Shown here piece by piece: positions 1 to 9,533 of a stretch of DNA of 64,000 nt. How positions within the stretch are numbered: position 1 is the first letter of the stretch; every line of letters begins with the position of its first letter. A program made the translations under genes and the position numbers. Origin of the DNA: Thermodesulfobacteriota bacterium (GTDB lineage: Bacteria; Desulfobacterota; Desulfarculia; JACQYL01); the NCBI GenBank assembly GCA_963675595.2, contig CAXXLZ010000002.1, forward strand, positions 3,168,001 through 3,232,000, in the 5' to 3' direction. Under the pieces are notes generated by a model. The model ran no database searches and was not told the origin of the DNA. It saw only the letters and a list, made by a program, of their open reading frames with translations.

Positions 1-324
1 TTCACCAACCTTCTGGAGAACGCCCTGAAATACTCGGAATCCGGCACGCGCGTCACCGTGGAGGCCGGGGAAACGGCGCGGGAAGTCCTCATCCGTTTCG
101 AGGATCAGGGGATCGGCATCAACTCCGAGGAGTTACCCTACGTGTTCAACATGTTTTACCGAGGTCGGAAACTGGGGCATCGGGAAGGTCACGGTTTGGG
201 TTTGGCCGGGGTGGAGTCCATCGTGAACGGTCACGGGGGGCGCGTGATGGTTTGCAGCGTACCGGGACAGGGTTCGGTCTTCGTAGTGGCGTTGCCCAAG
301 AGCCGAGAGGCCGGCGAAGTCTAA
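1..324 (+). CDS. Sensor histidine kinase, C-terminal HATPase_c domain (5'-truncated by window edge)
   Basis: Frame open from base 1: FTNLLENALKYS (N box), DQGIGI (G1), F box, GHGLGL (G2), GGRV..S.PGQGSVF. Confidence 0.9.
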   Translation, partial: FTNLLENALKYSESGTRVTVEAGETAREVLIRFEDQGIGINSEELPYVFNMFYRGRKLGHREGHGLGLAGVESIVNGHGGRVMVCSVPGQGSVFVVALPKSREAGEV

Positions 325-654
325 GACGGCTTCAAGTGGTCGGATACTCGCACATTTGTAACAGCCTAAGAAAGTTGAAAAACAGCGATTAAACGATTAA
401 ATGCGTATTTGAAGGCCTGAACACGATTTGTATTACGTTGAGCTCTTCAGGCTACCTTTTCGTTCGTTACTGCGAATCCCGGCCAAAAAGTTGGCTTGCC
501 AACGGGAAAAATATTCGGGAGAATAGCATCATCGAAAAGAGGCGTTGTTTTCAGCCGAACATCGTGAAAATCGTCCCATCGGACAAATGAAACCCGGAGA
601 TCCCGATAAAGGGGATGGTTGCAACCCAAGCATTCTTCGGATTGAGGAGACAAT

Positions 655-1545
655 ATGAAAACCGTTCGTCTGATATTGCCCATATTTTTGTTGGCCTTTT
701 GGGCGTTCGTAATCCCCGCCCAGGCCTTGGTGTTGGGTACGGACATCACCATCTATGACGGCACGGGACAGGGCACCACGGGCTGGTACCGGGGTCCGGC
801 GTCTTCGCAGGACGTTGCCGAAGACCAGGAAGTGGAACCCGGTACGCTTGGCGAGCAGGCTTGGGACCTGGAAGGATTTCGTGTCAACGGCACCACGCTG
901 GGTATCGTGGGCGGATGGAACTTCATCCACGGCGACGGTACCGACCCCGGTGGTGGAAAAATTCTATCCGGCGATATCTTCATCGGCACCGGCGCACTCT
1001 CCAATGTGACCTACGGAAGCGGCGCCGCGGGTACCGGCAGCCAGGATAACCTGGGGGTGGACGGAACCATCACGAATTCCTTCGGGTACAACTATGTTAT
1101 CGATATCTACTGGGAATACGGGTATTATTCGGTGTATCAAATCACTCCGGACACCTACCTGAACCCCGTGTATTATTCTCAGTTCGATCATTCCAATCCG
1201 TGGCAGTTCGACGAATTCTACAATTCGGGTGAGGGAATCGACCCCACGAAGACCTATTACATACCGGTGGAGGGATACCAAGGGCTCCAGTTCAGCTACT
1301 TCGAAGGCCTCTCCGATGCGGAAGCAGGCGATTACGAGGGGGATACCCACAATGTGGCTCTCTTTGACCTCAGTTTCCTGGATGAGGGAACTGAATTCAC
1401 AGCCCATTTCACCCAGGAATGCGGCAACGACAATCTCATGGGCCATGGGACTACCGTGCCGCTTCCCCCGGCGGTGCTTCTCCTGGGGTCGGGCTTGCTG
1501 GGAATATTGGGCTTTTCGGTAAGGAGCCGACGTCGCGTGAAATAG
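655..1545 (+). CDS. Exosortase-dependent surface protein (PEP-CTERM / VPLPA-CTERM type)
   Basis: N-terminal signal peptide ending AQA; acidic Gly/Tyr-rich body; C-terminal VPLPPAVLLLGSGLLGILGF followed by a basic RSRRRVK tail; GAGGAG RBS upstream. Confidence 0.88.
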   Translation: MKTVRLILPIFLLAFWAFVIPAQALVLGTDITIYDGTGQGTTGWYRGPASSQDVAEDQEVEPGTLGEQAWDLEGFRVNGTTLGIVGGWNFIHGDGTDPGGGKILSGDIFIGTGALSNVTYGSGAAGTGSQDNLGVDGTITNSFGYNYVIDIYWEYGYYSVYQITPDTYLNPVYYSQFDHSNPWQFDEFYNSGEGIDPTKTYYIPVEGYQGLQFSYFEGLSDAEAGDYEGDTHNVALFDLSFLDEGTEFTAHFTQECGNDNLMGHGTTVPLPPAVLLLGSGLLGILGFSVRSRRRVK

Positions 1546-1881
1546 TCGAAATCGCTTTCGACAACCATCCGCGTTTTTAGGCCGTTGACGCCCACCGGAT
1601 TCACCGGGCGGGCTTCAACGGCCGTCTCGTTTCCGACCCCTGTGCTGAATTTCCCGCCCGATTTCCATTCCGGATGGATTCACACAAAGCCTCCGGGCCT
1701 AAAACGAATGTTTTCCCGAGGATGCCTCCTGGAGACGGGATGAGGGGAAGCCCCAATTCGCCCACTTCCGGGCTTCCCCGGCGGATGATCCGCCTCTTCG
1801 GATTTGTCGCCGCATTACCGCTTCTCGATGGAATCATGGGTGCTTCCCATCAAACGGCGGATGGGCGTTTTAACCTACCGG

Positions 1882-2187
1882 CTACGGGTTCAGCTTCTTG
1901 AATTCGGCCACGTATTCTTCCATGGGAACGGCCGGGACGGTCATGGTGTCCAGGAGTCCTCCCGATTCCAGTTCCATGGCCGCTCGCAGCATTACCTTGT
2001 TGTCCTTGGCCTGGAGGATCGTGAGGAAATCATACGGTCCGAGCAAGGCGAACTGCGTGATGATCTTCACGTCTCCGCCTCCGGAGGCTTCCACCGCTTT
2101 GTTGATTTGTTCAAAGGTTTCCGGCAGGTCCTTCACGGCCCGCCTGCCGTCCTGTGTCATTTTGCTGAGCACGGCATAGTAGCGCAT
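1882..2187 (-). CDS. GYD-domain protein
   Basis: 101 aa with MRYYAVLSKMTQDGR...ALLGPYDFLTIL pattern typical of GYD proteins; 15 bp downstream of the glutamate synthase-like gene. Confidence 0.8.
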   Translation of the reverse strand: MRYYAVLSKMTQDGRRAVKDLPETFEQINKAVEASGGGDVKIITQFALLGPYDFLTILQAKDNKVMLRAAMELESGGLLDTMTVPAVPMEEYVAEFKKLNP

Positions 2188-2202
2188 GTCACTCCCCTCT
2201 TT

Positions 2203-3792
2203 TTAGTCGGCTCCGTCGATGATCTTGAGCGCTTCGTCGCGATAGGCTTCCATGATATATGGAATTCCGGTTACTTTGGCCGCTTCTTCGGTCAGGCAGG
2301 CCAGATCGCTTCGTTTGATCAGGTCCGTACGCCACTTGCGGGCTCCAGCCATGAGTTGTTGGAGCCCTATGCGGATTTTTTCCCCCGCGCTGTAGATTCC
2401 AACGGCTCCCAAGGGCAATTCGTCCGCTTCCTTTCCGTACTTCGCTTTCAACTCCTCGTAACACACGAAAATCTTCTCTTTGGTGGAACCATACTTGAGC
2501 ACGGTGGAAGGCAGGCCACCGTCCTCTCCTTGCATCCATCGACCGATGTTTTTCCCCACCATTCCGGGGATCATCAATGCACGGCCCATGCACACGGCTT
2601 TGCAGTATGGCGAACCCAAAGCCAGGGCCTTGAAGATGTGGTCTTCACTGGAAAAGCCCCCGGCAAAAGCGATGTCCGGAACCGGATCCCCGCGCGATGC
2701 CAGGCGGGAGCAGAGATCGTAGGCCATGGAGTGCAGATAGAGCGCCGGAACGCCCCACTCGGACATCATACGCCACGGGCTCATGCCCGTACCGCCGGGA
2801 GCGCCGTCAATGGTCAGAAGATCGATTCCGGCATCGGAGGACCACCGGATGGCCATGGCGAGTTCCCTCATGGGGTAGGCTCCGGTTTTCAGCGTAACCC
2901 TTTTGGCTCCCAGGTCCCGAAATCTTTTTACCGCGGCCATAAAGGCTTCCCGGTCGATGAATCCCAGGCGTGAATGCCGTTCGAATTCCTTGATGGCCCC
3001 TTCTTTGAATCCCTCACGTACGGGTGGGCTGTCGGGGTCAGGGGTGACGATATACCCCCTTTTCTTCAATTCCTGAGCCCTCTCCAAAGAATTGACTTTG
3101 ATTTCCCCTCCTATGCTTTTGGCTCCTTGCCCCCACTTCAGCTCAATGGTTTCGCAACCCAGTTTGTCGATCACATATTCGGCCACACCCAAACGGGTGT
3201 CTTCCACGTTGAGCTGTACCAGAATGTCTCCGTAGCCTTCGTGGTATCTTCGATACAAGTCCAGGCGTCGGATCATCTCCGGTGATTTGGCGACCTTGCC
3301 GTCGGGGCTCCTTTCCAGACCGGGATCAATGCCGCACACGTTTTCTCCGCATACCAAGCTGATTCCGGTGATGGCGGCTCCGACGGCGAAATGTTCCCAG
3401 TTCTTCCGGGCGATTTCCGTGCTTCCCAAGGCGCCGGTGAACATGGGGATCTTCATCTTGACTTTGTGTGCACGTCCGAAGGCGGTTTCCGTGCCGACGG
3501 TGGGAAAGGTGGCTTGGTCGGGGTCCGGGTCAATACCCTCGGCACCCATGGCATAGCCCATAATATTCAGGTGAGAGTAATCTACGGGGTAGTCTTTGTC
3601 CGCTCCGGCGGTAATTTCGCCGAAGGGGACCGGATACAGCAATTCCCTGCTTCGGAAAGTGGCGTTGAACATGTCGCAATTCCCCTTGCACCCGTCTACA
3701 CAACGGCTGCAGATGCCCGATTGGGGAGCGACGTCCCTGGAACGGTTCTTCGTCTGTAGTGCTTCGTTGGCGTTTGGTCTTTGACGGTTCAT
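2203..3792 (-). CDS. FMN-binding glutamate synthase family protein (stand-alone GltB FMN domain)
   Basis: ELKWGQGAK and DGAPGGTG motifs; N-terminal CSRCVDGCKGNC; start placed at ATG 3792 behind AAGAGGAG. Confidence 0.88.
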   Translation of the reverse strand: MNRQRPNANEALQTKNRSRDVAPQSGICSRCVDGCKGNCDMFNATFRSRELLYPVPFGEITAGADKDYPVDYSHLNIMGYAMGAEGIDPDPDQATFPTVGTETAFGRAHKVKMKIPMFTGALGSTEIARKNWEHFAVGAAITGISLVCGENVCGIDPGLERSPDGKVAKSPEMIRRLDLYRRYHEGYGDILVQLNVEDTRLGVAEYVIDKLGCETIELKWGQGAKSIGGEIKVNSLERAQELKKRGYIVTPDPDSPPVREGFKEGAIKEFERHSRLGFIDREAFMAAVKRFRDLGAKRVTLKTGAYPMRELAMAIRWSSDAGIDLLTIDGAPGGTGMSPWRMMSEWGVPALYLHSMAYDLCSRLASRGDPVPDIAFAGGFSSEDHIFKALALGSPYCKAVCMGRALMIPGMVGKNIGRWMQGEDGGLPSTVLKYGSTKEKIFVCYEELKAKYGKEADELPLGAVGIYSAGEKIRIGLQQLMAGARKWRTDLIKRSDLACLTEEAAKVTGIPYIMEAYRDEALKIIDGAD

Positions 3793-4150
3793 CGCAGCGG
3801 ATCTCCTCTTTTCGAAATGGATTCGTAACGCGGAGGTCTCGCAGCAGCCCGCGGGTTTCACAAACGGGAATCCGGTTGGAATGCCGATAGCGATGGAAGC
3901 TCAGATTGTTCAAACAGAACGAGAAGGAACGGTCGGAATTCCGAGCGCGATGGAGACGGAGGCCCGATCCCTCGAAGCGACTGCGTCGATGGTGAATGGA
4001 AGCCGTCAACTCGAACCCGCCTTATTCCCACCTCCCTTCTACGATCCAGAAGTGATGAAACAAAGCAAGGTCAAGTACCGAAACACTTGTTTCCGCCTTC
4101 TCAGCGACTTCGGTCCCGACCTTGGTGAGAGCGTCGTTAAAAGGGGACGG

Positions 4151-4831
4151 TCAAGGCGCCGATCGCGCCTCGGACATAAGACTTGCCATGCATCCGGCAA
4201 GCGATTCTATGATTTCCACGATCACCTCGATCGCTTCGGCCGTGTTGCGGCCGGCGCGAGGATCCGGGTCGTGTATGGAGATCAGGGAGTAGAGAGTGGA
4301 GGCGATTAAATGGAGATCCAGTCTGGAGGGTTCAATGGATTGGAGCAGGGAAAGAAACTCCTGAAGGTGGCCTTCACGTTGGGAAGAGGGCGACATGCTT
4401 AAGCGGAACTCGGAAAACGCGCGTTTTGAAATACGATCGGCGCGATCGGGTTCCAGAAAAAGGCGGAGGCCATTCATGTCCCAGGCAAGGACGGCCGCGG
4501 TGATCATGGTTTCTCGGAGGTCGTTTTCCTGATCTTCGGAACCAACGCAATTCAGACGGGAGAGACGCCGGTCGGTGTCGGGCCATTCCCGATGTACCAG
4601 GAAGCGTAGGCTTTCCAGGTAAAGGTCGACGGCTTCTTCTTCCGACATCGCGCCGATTCGGTCGGTTCCGTGCATTGCGTTTTCCGTGGCCGCTCTCCTC
4701 GGTTTCGCCCTGCCTCCTAAATCGATTCCGCGGGTTTGCCTCACCATGCCGTGAATCGGTCTGTTCGTATCGGGAGGCGTTTTCTTTTTTGAAACGGTCG
4801 CCCGGTAACCACCGAGCCTCCTGCGCCACAT
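4151..4831 (-). CDS. Hypothetical protein
   Basis: 226-aa ORF with a helical-looking C-terminal part; no recognisable motif; true start is probably further downstream. Confidence 0.45.
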   Translation of the reverse strand: MWRRRLGGYRATVSKKKTPPDTNRPIHGMVRQTRGIDLGGRAKPRRAATENAMHGTDRIGAMSEEEAVDLYLESLRFLVHREWPDTDRRLSRLNCVGSEDQENDLRETMITAAVLAWDMNGLRLFLEPDRADRISKRAFSEFRLSMSPSSQREGHLQEFLSLLQSIEPSRLDLHLIASTLYSLISIHDPDPRAGRNTAEAIEVIVEIIESLAGCMASLMSEARSAP

Positions 4832-5049
4832 ACCGCGGAAAAGAATGGGCGAGAGATCTTAGTTACGCTAAAAAAGTTTCCTGTACGGAAATTTAGTTTA
4901 ATATAACACAACATCAGTTTCCGATGAAACCCTTTTCCTTTTTTGAACCGCTGATTCCGACCGGGCTCTCCCGGTTCGAAATCACCGAAGCGGGCGATTC
5001 GCGTCAACGAGGTAATTCAAGAACCTCTGTGAAAAAAAGCGCTTTGGGC

Positions 5050-5078
5050 TTGCATGGGAAACCTGGGATATGTGATAA
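5050..5078 (+). promoter_or_regulatory. Putative promoter of hdrA (Sec copy)
   Basis: TTGCAT-N17-TGATAA. The same arrangement (TTGCAA-N17-TGATAT, shared ATATGTGATA) occurs upstream of the second hdrA. Confidence 0.45.
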
Positions 5079-5162
5079 AAAAGGTTCGTTATTATCCACG
5101 GGGTACGTTTCGGAGAGGAAGTTCCCCGTGTGAGCGGGACCAAAGACGGAACATTTCTTTGC

Positions 5163-5255
5163 TGGGGAAGTGCCCCAAAGGCTGTGAATCCGGGGAAATC
5201 AACCCCGCCCGGAGTCGGACTTTCATGGTTCGGGCGGAAGGCATAGTGAAAGGAG
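5163..5255 (+). ncRNA. Candidate structured 5' leader upstream of hdrA (copy 1)
   Basis: Stems TGGGG/CCCCA, CTGTG/CATAG and CCGCCCG/CGGGCGG, conserved in the leader at 9437-9527; lies directly before the RBS. Confidence 0.5.
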
Positions 5256-5261
5256 CACCCA

Positions 5262-8200
5262 ATGTCACAAGACAAGACCGGGGCCGTTATGGTGGTCGGT
5301 GGAGGGATCACCGGCATGCAAACGGCGTTGGACCTGGCCGATTCCGGCTTTTTCGTCTACCTGGTGGAGCGATCCACGTCCATTGGCGGGGTTATGTCCC
5401 AATTGGACAAAACCTTCCCCACGGACGACTGCGCGATGTGAATTATCTCTCCCAAACTGGTCGAGGTCGGCCGGCATATCAATATCGAGTTGTTAACGCT
5501 GTCGGAAGTGGTTTCCGTTTCCGGTGAGCAGGGGAATTTCGACGTCCAAATTCTTCAGCATCCCCGTTACATCGACGTGGACAAATGCATCGCCTGCGGC
5601 GCGTGCGCCGAGAAGTGCCCGAAGAAGGTCGAGGATGAGTACAACTTCGGCTTGAACAAACGCAAAGCCGCTTATGTGAAGTATTCGCAGGCCGTGCCCT
5701 TGAAATACGCCATTGACCCGGAGAACTGCATCTACCTGACGAAAGGCAAATGCAGGGCGTGCGAGAAAATCTGCCCCGCGGGAGCGGTCAATTTCGAGGA
5801 CCGTGAGAAAGAAGTGTCCTTACACGTCGGGTCCATCGTTCTTTCCACCGGATTCGAGCCTTACGATCCCAAGGCTTTCAACGGTTACGGCTACGGTCGT
5901 TTCCCCAATGTTTTGACCAGCCTTGAATTCGAGCGGATGCTCAGCGCATCCGGCCCCTTTGGGGGGCATGTGGCTCGGCTTTCGGATCACAAGGACGCCA
6001 AGAAGATTGCTTGGATCCAGTGCGTGGGGTCAAGGGATACGCACGAAGGAGCCCAAAGCTACTGCTCGTCCGTGTGCTGCACCTACGCCATCAAAGAAGC
6101 CATGGTGGCCAAAGACCACGTCAAAGGCCTGGACGCCGCCGTTTTCTATATCGACATCCGGACTCACGGGAAGGATTTCGAGCGGTACTACAACCGGGCG
6201 CGAGAGCGATCCGGCGTGCGCTTCATCAAGTCCCGGATTTCCTCCATCCGAGAGGTGGGTGACTCCGGGGACCTCCTGATTTGGTACACGGATGAACAGG
6301 GAAAGCGGGTCGAGGAGACCTTCGACTTGGTGGTTCTGTCCGTCGGGTTGTGCGCAAACCAAGACTCGATGGCGCTTGCCGGCAACCTGGGCGTCGATTT
6401 GGATCATTACGGTTATCCCGTTTCCAGCAGTTTCGAGCCGGTGAAGACTTCCCAGCCCGGAATTTATGTTTGCGGGGCCTATCAGGGACCCAAGGACATC
6501 CCCTCCTCCGTCATGGATGCGAGTGCGACGGCGGGGGTGGCGGGAAGCCTCTTGGCTCCGGCTCGGGGGAAACTCACCAGAACCAAGGACGTTCCCCTGG
6601 AAACGAACGTCAAAGGCACTGCGCCCAAGATCGGCGTGTTTGTGTGCAACTGTGGAACCAACATCGCGGGCACCGTCAACGTGCCTGAAGTGGCCGAATA
6701 TGCCCGACATCTGCCCTACGTGGCCTATGTCGAGGAGAACCTGTTCAGCTGTTCTCAGGATACCCAGGACAAGATGGCCAAGATCATCCAGGAACAGGGC
6801 CTGACTCGGGTGGTCGTGGCCGCCTGCACGCCCCGAACCCATGAACCTTTGTTCCAGGAAACTCTGACCAATGCCGGGTTGAACAAGTACCTGTTCGAAA
6901 TGGCCAATATTCGCAACCAATGCTCCTGGGTGCACGCCACGGAGCCCGAACGGGCGACGGAAAAGGCCAAGGACTTGGTGCGCATGGCGGTGGTCAAAGC
7001 GGCCCAGTTGGAACCTCTTTATCAACAGGATTTGGGGGTGAACAAGGCCGCTCTGGTCATCGGGGGCGGGGTCGCAGGCTTGACCGCGGCCAAGAATCTC
7101 TCCGACCAGGGGTATACGGCGTACCTCGTGGAGCGGGAAAACGTTCTGGGCGGTGGCGCGCGAAACCTTTTCCGAACTTGGAAAGGGGAAAACGTCAGGG
7201 ATCATCTGGACCGTTTGGTCCGCGAAGTGGAGAAGGCCGAACGCGTGGAGCTTTTCCTCAACGCGGAGATCAAGCAGGTAGACGGGTTCGTGGGTAATTT
7301 CAAGACCACGGTGAACGTGGCCGGAGAAGAGCGAATCATCGAGCACGGAGTGGCCATCCTGGCCACCGGGGCCGAGGAATACCGGCCCACGGAACACCTG
7401 TATGGAAAAGACGACCGGGTCGTTACCGGGCTCGAGCTGGATCGTCTGCTGCTGGAAGAACATCCGCGACTGAAGGCCGTGAAAAGCGCCGCCTTCCTCC
7501 AGTGCGTGGGATGCAGAAACGAGGAGCGTCCCTATTGTTCGAAGGTTTGCTGCACGCATTCCATCGTCAATGCGCTAGAGCTCAAGAAAACCCGGCCCGA
7601 GATGGACGTGTACGTGATCTACAGGGATCTTCGAACCTATGGATTGCGTGAAGATCTTTATCGACAGGCCCGGGAGGCGGGGATTCTTTTCCTTCGCTAC
7701 AATTATGAGAAGGGCCTGGACGTGGATGCGGGAGACGCGGGTCTTCGACTCCATTTCACGGACACGGTGTTAAACCGAAAGGTGGAAGTTTCCGCGGACC
7801 TGCTGGTATTGGCTGCTGCCATTGTTCCCCCTGAAGAGAACACTTTGGCCCAATTGTTCAAGGTGCCCATCAATGACGATCGCTTCTACGTGGAAGCTCA
7901 CGTAAAGCTGAAACCCGTTGACTTCGCTACGGACGGAGTGTTCGTGTGTGGTCTGGCGCATGCTCCCAAGTCCCTGGACGAATCCGTGGCCCAGGCCCAG
8001 GCGGCCGCCGCACGTGCGGTGACCGTATTGAGCAAAGCGCAATTGCGTGTCGGCGGCGTCGTATCGCACATCAACCCGCTGCTTTGTACGGGATGCAAGG
8101 TGTGCGTCACCGTTTGCCCCTACAAGGCGATTCAACTCAACGATAAAGGCAAGGCCGAAGTCAATGAGGCTTTGTGTAAAGGCTGCGGTTTGTGCGTTTC

Positions 8201-8279
8201 TTCATGTCGTTCCGGCGCGCCAGAGCTCAAAGGATTCACGGACGGGGAAGTCTTCGGTCAAATCGAGGCCGCCTTATAA
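5262..8279 (+). CDS. hdrA: HdrA-like heterodisulfide reductase flavoprotein (about 1005 aa), selenocysteine at codon 60
   Basis: ATG 5262 after AAAGGAG gives [18 protein letters not shown]...[15 protein letters not shown](5439-5441)[12 protein letters not shown], in frame with the 5490-8279 ORF. The paralog has Cys here. Two GxGxxG FAD sites and ferredoxin CxxCxxCxxxCP motifs. Confidence 0.92.
5457..5474 (+). promoter_or_regulatory. Putative bacterial SECIS hairpin of hdrA
   Basis: CUGGUCG-AGGU-CGGCCGG stem-loop starting 16 nt after the UGA, with G in the apical loop. Confidence 0.55.
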
Positions 8280-8293
8280 AAAAGTCCTTCCAC

Positions 8294-8326
8294 GGGGAAG
8301 AAGCCGCTCCGTGCGGTTTTTTCCCC
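8294..8326 (+). terminator. Hairpin / likely terminator after hdrA copy 1
   Basis: GGGGAAGAAGCCGC-TCCGT-GCGGTTTTTTCCCC pairs with G-U wobble; U tail is weak. Confidence 0.45.
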
Positions 8327-8448
8327 ATTCCTCGCTTTGAATTTTCAGCACCCACGAGCCCCTTCGGAACACGTGGGCGGGGCGGTTGACGGCCCCCATG
8401 CACGCTCCTTCCTCATCGTTTCCCACGAAAAAATCCGCTGAAAATCCC

Positions 8449-9345
8449 ATGAACGGAGTCTTTTGGGTCATGACCGGGGCGGCCCTGATCAGTTTTTCGG
8501 GGGTCTTCGTGAAACTGGCTCACGTGGGACCTAGTGAGTCGGCCTTTTACCGCGTTCTTTTCGGCGGAGCGGCGCTTCTGGCCGCCTGCTTCTTGCGTGG
8601 AGAGCGGATTCTCCCCGAGCCGCGAATTCTCGTCGCCTCCGTGGCTTGCGGTCTCTTCTTCAGCGTGGATCTTTGGAGTTGGCACCGCAGCATCCATTAC
8701 GTCGGGCCGGGTTTGGCCACCCTCTTGGCCAACTTCCAGGTGTTTTTTCTGACCGCTTTCGGGATCCTGGTCTACCGTGAACGGCCCAATTGGAGATATG
8801 CCGCCGGAGTGCCCCTGGCCATGCTGGGTCTTTTTCTGGTGGTGGGCATCGAGTGGGGAGCGTTCGAACCCCGGGCGAAGTGGGGAGTGATGTTGGGTCT
8901 CATGGCGGCCGTGGCTTATGCGACCTACCTTCTTTCTCTACAGAAAACGCAATCCTTTCCGAGTCGAATCACGCCCATGGCGCTGTTGGGATACGTTTCG
9001 CTGTTTACCGCCTTGTTCTTGGGGTCGGAGTCTTTTGTCCGAGGGAATTCTCTTTCGATTCCGGACGCTCAAACCTGGGTGGTGCTGGTCGCATACGGGC
9101 TGTTCTGTCAGATGGGGGGATGGCTCTGCATCTCCCGGGGCCTGGGGCGTACTCGAGCCTCCCGGGCGGGGCTGGCGCTTCTGCTCCAGCCGACTCTGGC
9201 CTTTGTGTGGGACGTCTGGTTCTTCCATTGCACTGTGAACATGGTCCAGGCATTGGGTGTGGCCATGGCGTTGGCGGCGGTGTATTTGGGGACTTCCGGA
9301 CCGACGACCAAGCGTTCTCGATCGTCTATCCATCGCCGAAGCTGA
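8449..9345 (+). CDS. DMT/EamA family transporter
   Basis: About 10 hydrophobic segments in two EamA repeats (SAFYRVLFGG, GLATLLANFQVFF, LLLQP). Confidence 0.85.
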   Translation: MNGVFWVMTGAALISFSGVFVKLAHVGPSESAFYRVLFGGAALLAACFLRGERILPEPRILVASVACGLFFSVDLWSWHRSIHYVGPGLATLLANFQVFFLTAFGILVYRERPNWRYAAGVPLAMLGLFLVVGIEWGAFEPRAKWGVMLGLMAAVAYATYLLSLQKTQSFPSRITPMALLGYVSLFTALFLGSESFVRGNSLSIPDAQTWVVLVAYGLFCQMGGWLCISRGLGRTRASRAGLALLLQPTLAFVWDVWFFHCTVNMVQALGVAMALAAVYLGTSGPTTKRSRSSIHRRS

Positions 9346-9387
9346 TTCCTGCCATTGATTTTCAATCCTGGAACCTTCGTTTTGCTC

Positions 9388-9416
9388 TTGCAAGAGAATC
9401 TATCAATATGTGATAT
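9388..9416 (+). promoter_or_regulatory. Putative promoter of hdrA (Cys copy)
   Basis: TTGCAA-N17-TGATAT, matching 5050-5078. Confidence 0.45.
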
Positions 9417-9436
9417 AAGGGTTTTCAATGCCCCTC

Positions 9437-9527
9437 TTGGGGAGAGCCCCAAAGCTGTGATACCGGGGAAATCAAGCCCGCCCGCAGATGAACGTCCGTG
9501 ATTCGGGCGGAAAGCACAGGGAAAGGA
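9437..9527 (+). ncRNA. Candidate structured 5' leader upstream of hdrA (copy 2)
   Basis: Stems TTGGGG/CCCCAA, CTGTG/CACAG and CCGCCCG/CGGGCGG; the 19-nt loop has diverged from copy 1 while the stems are kept. Confidence 0.5.
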
Positions 9528-9533
9528 CCACTC

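Noticed and set aside
1660-1710. CACAAAGCCTCCGGGCCTAAAAC resembles part of a c-di-GMP-I (GEMM) riboswitch
   Set aside because: It lacks the GGCAAACC...GAAA hairpin and lies between convergent genes, with nothing downstream to regulate.
1804-2973. Long antisense ORFs (e.g. 1804-2973, 6030-7559, 14602-15816, 24026-25381, 30157-31431, 45023-46312, 60218-61564)
   Set aside because: These are shadow frames of well-supported genes in GC-rich DNA, with no motifs of their own.
5439-5441. TGA read as a nonsense mutation making hdrA copy 1 a pseudogene
   Set aside because: It aligns exactly with Cys in the paralog, the frame is intact on both sides, a hairpin follows, and fdh in the same window shows the same recoding.
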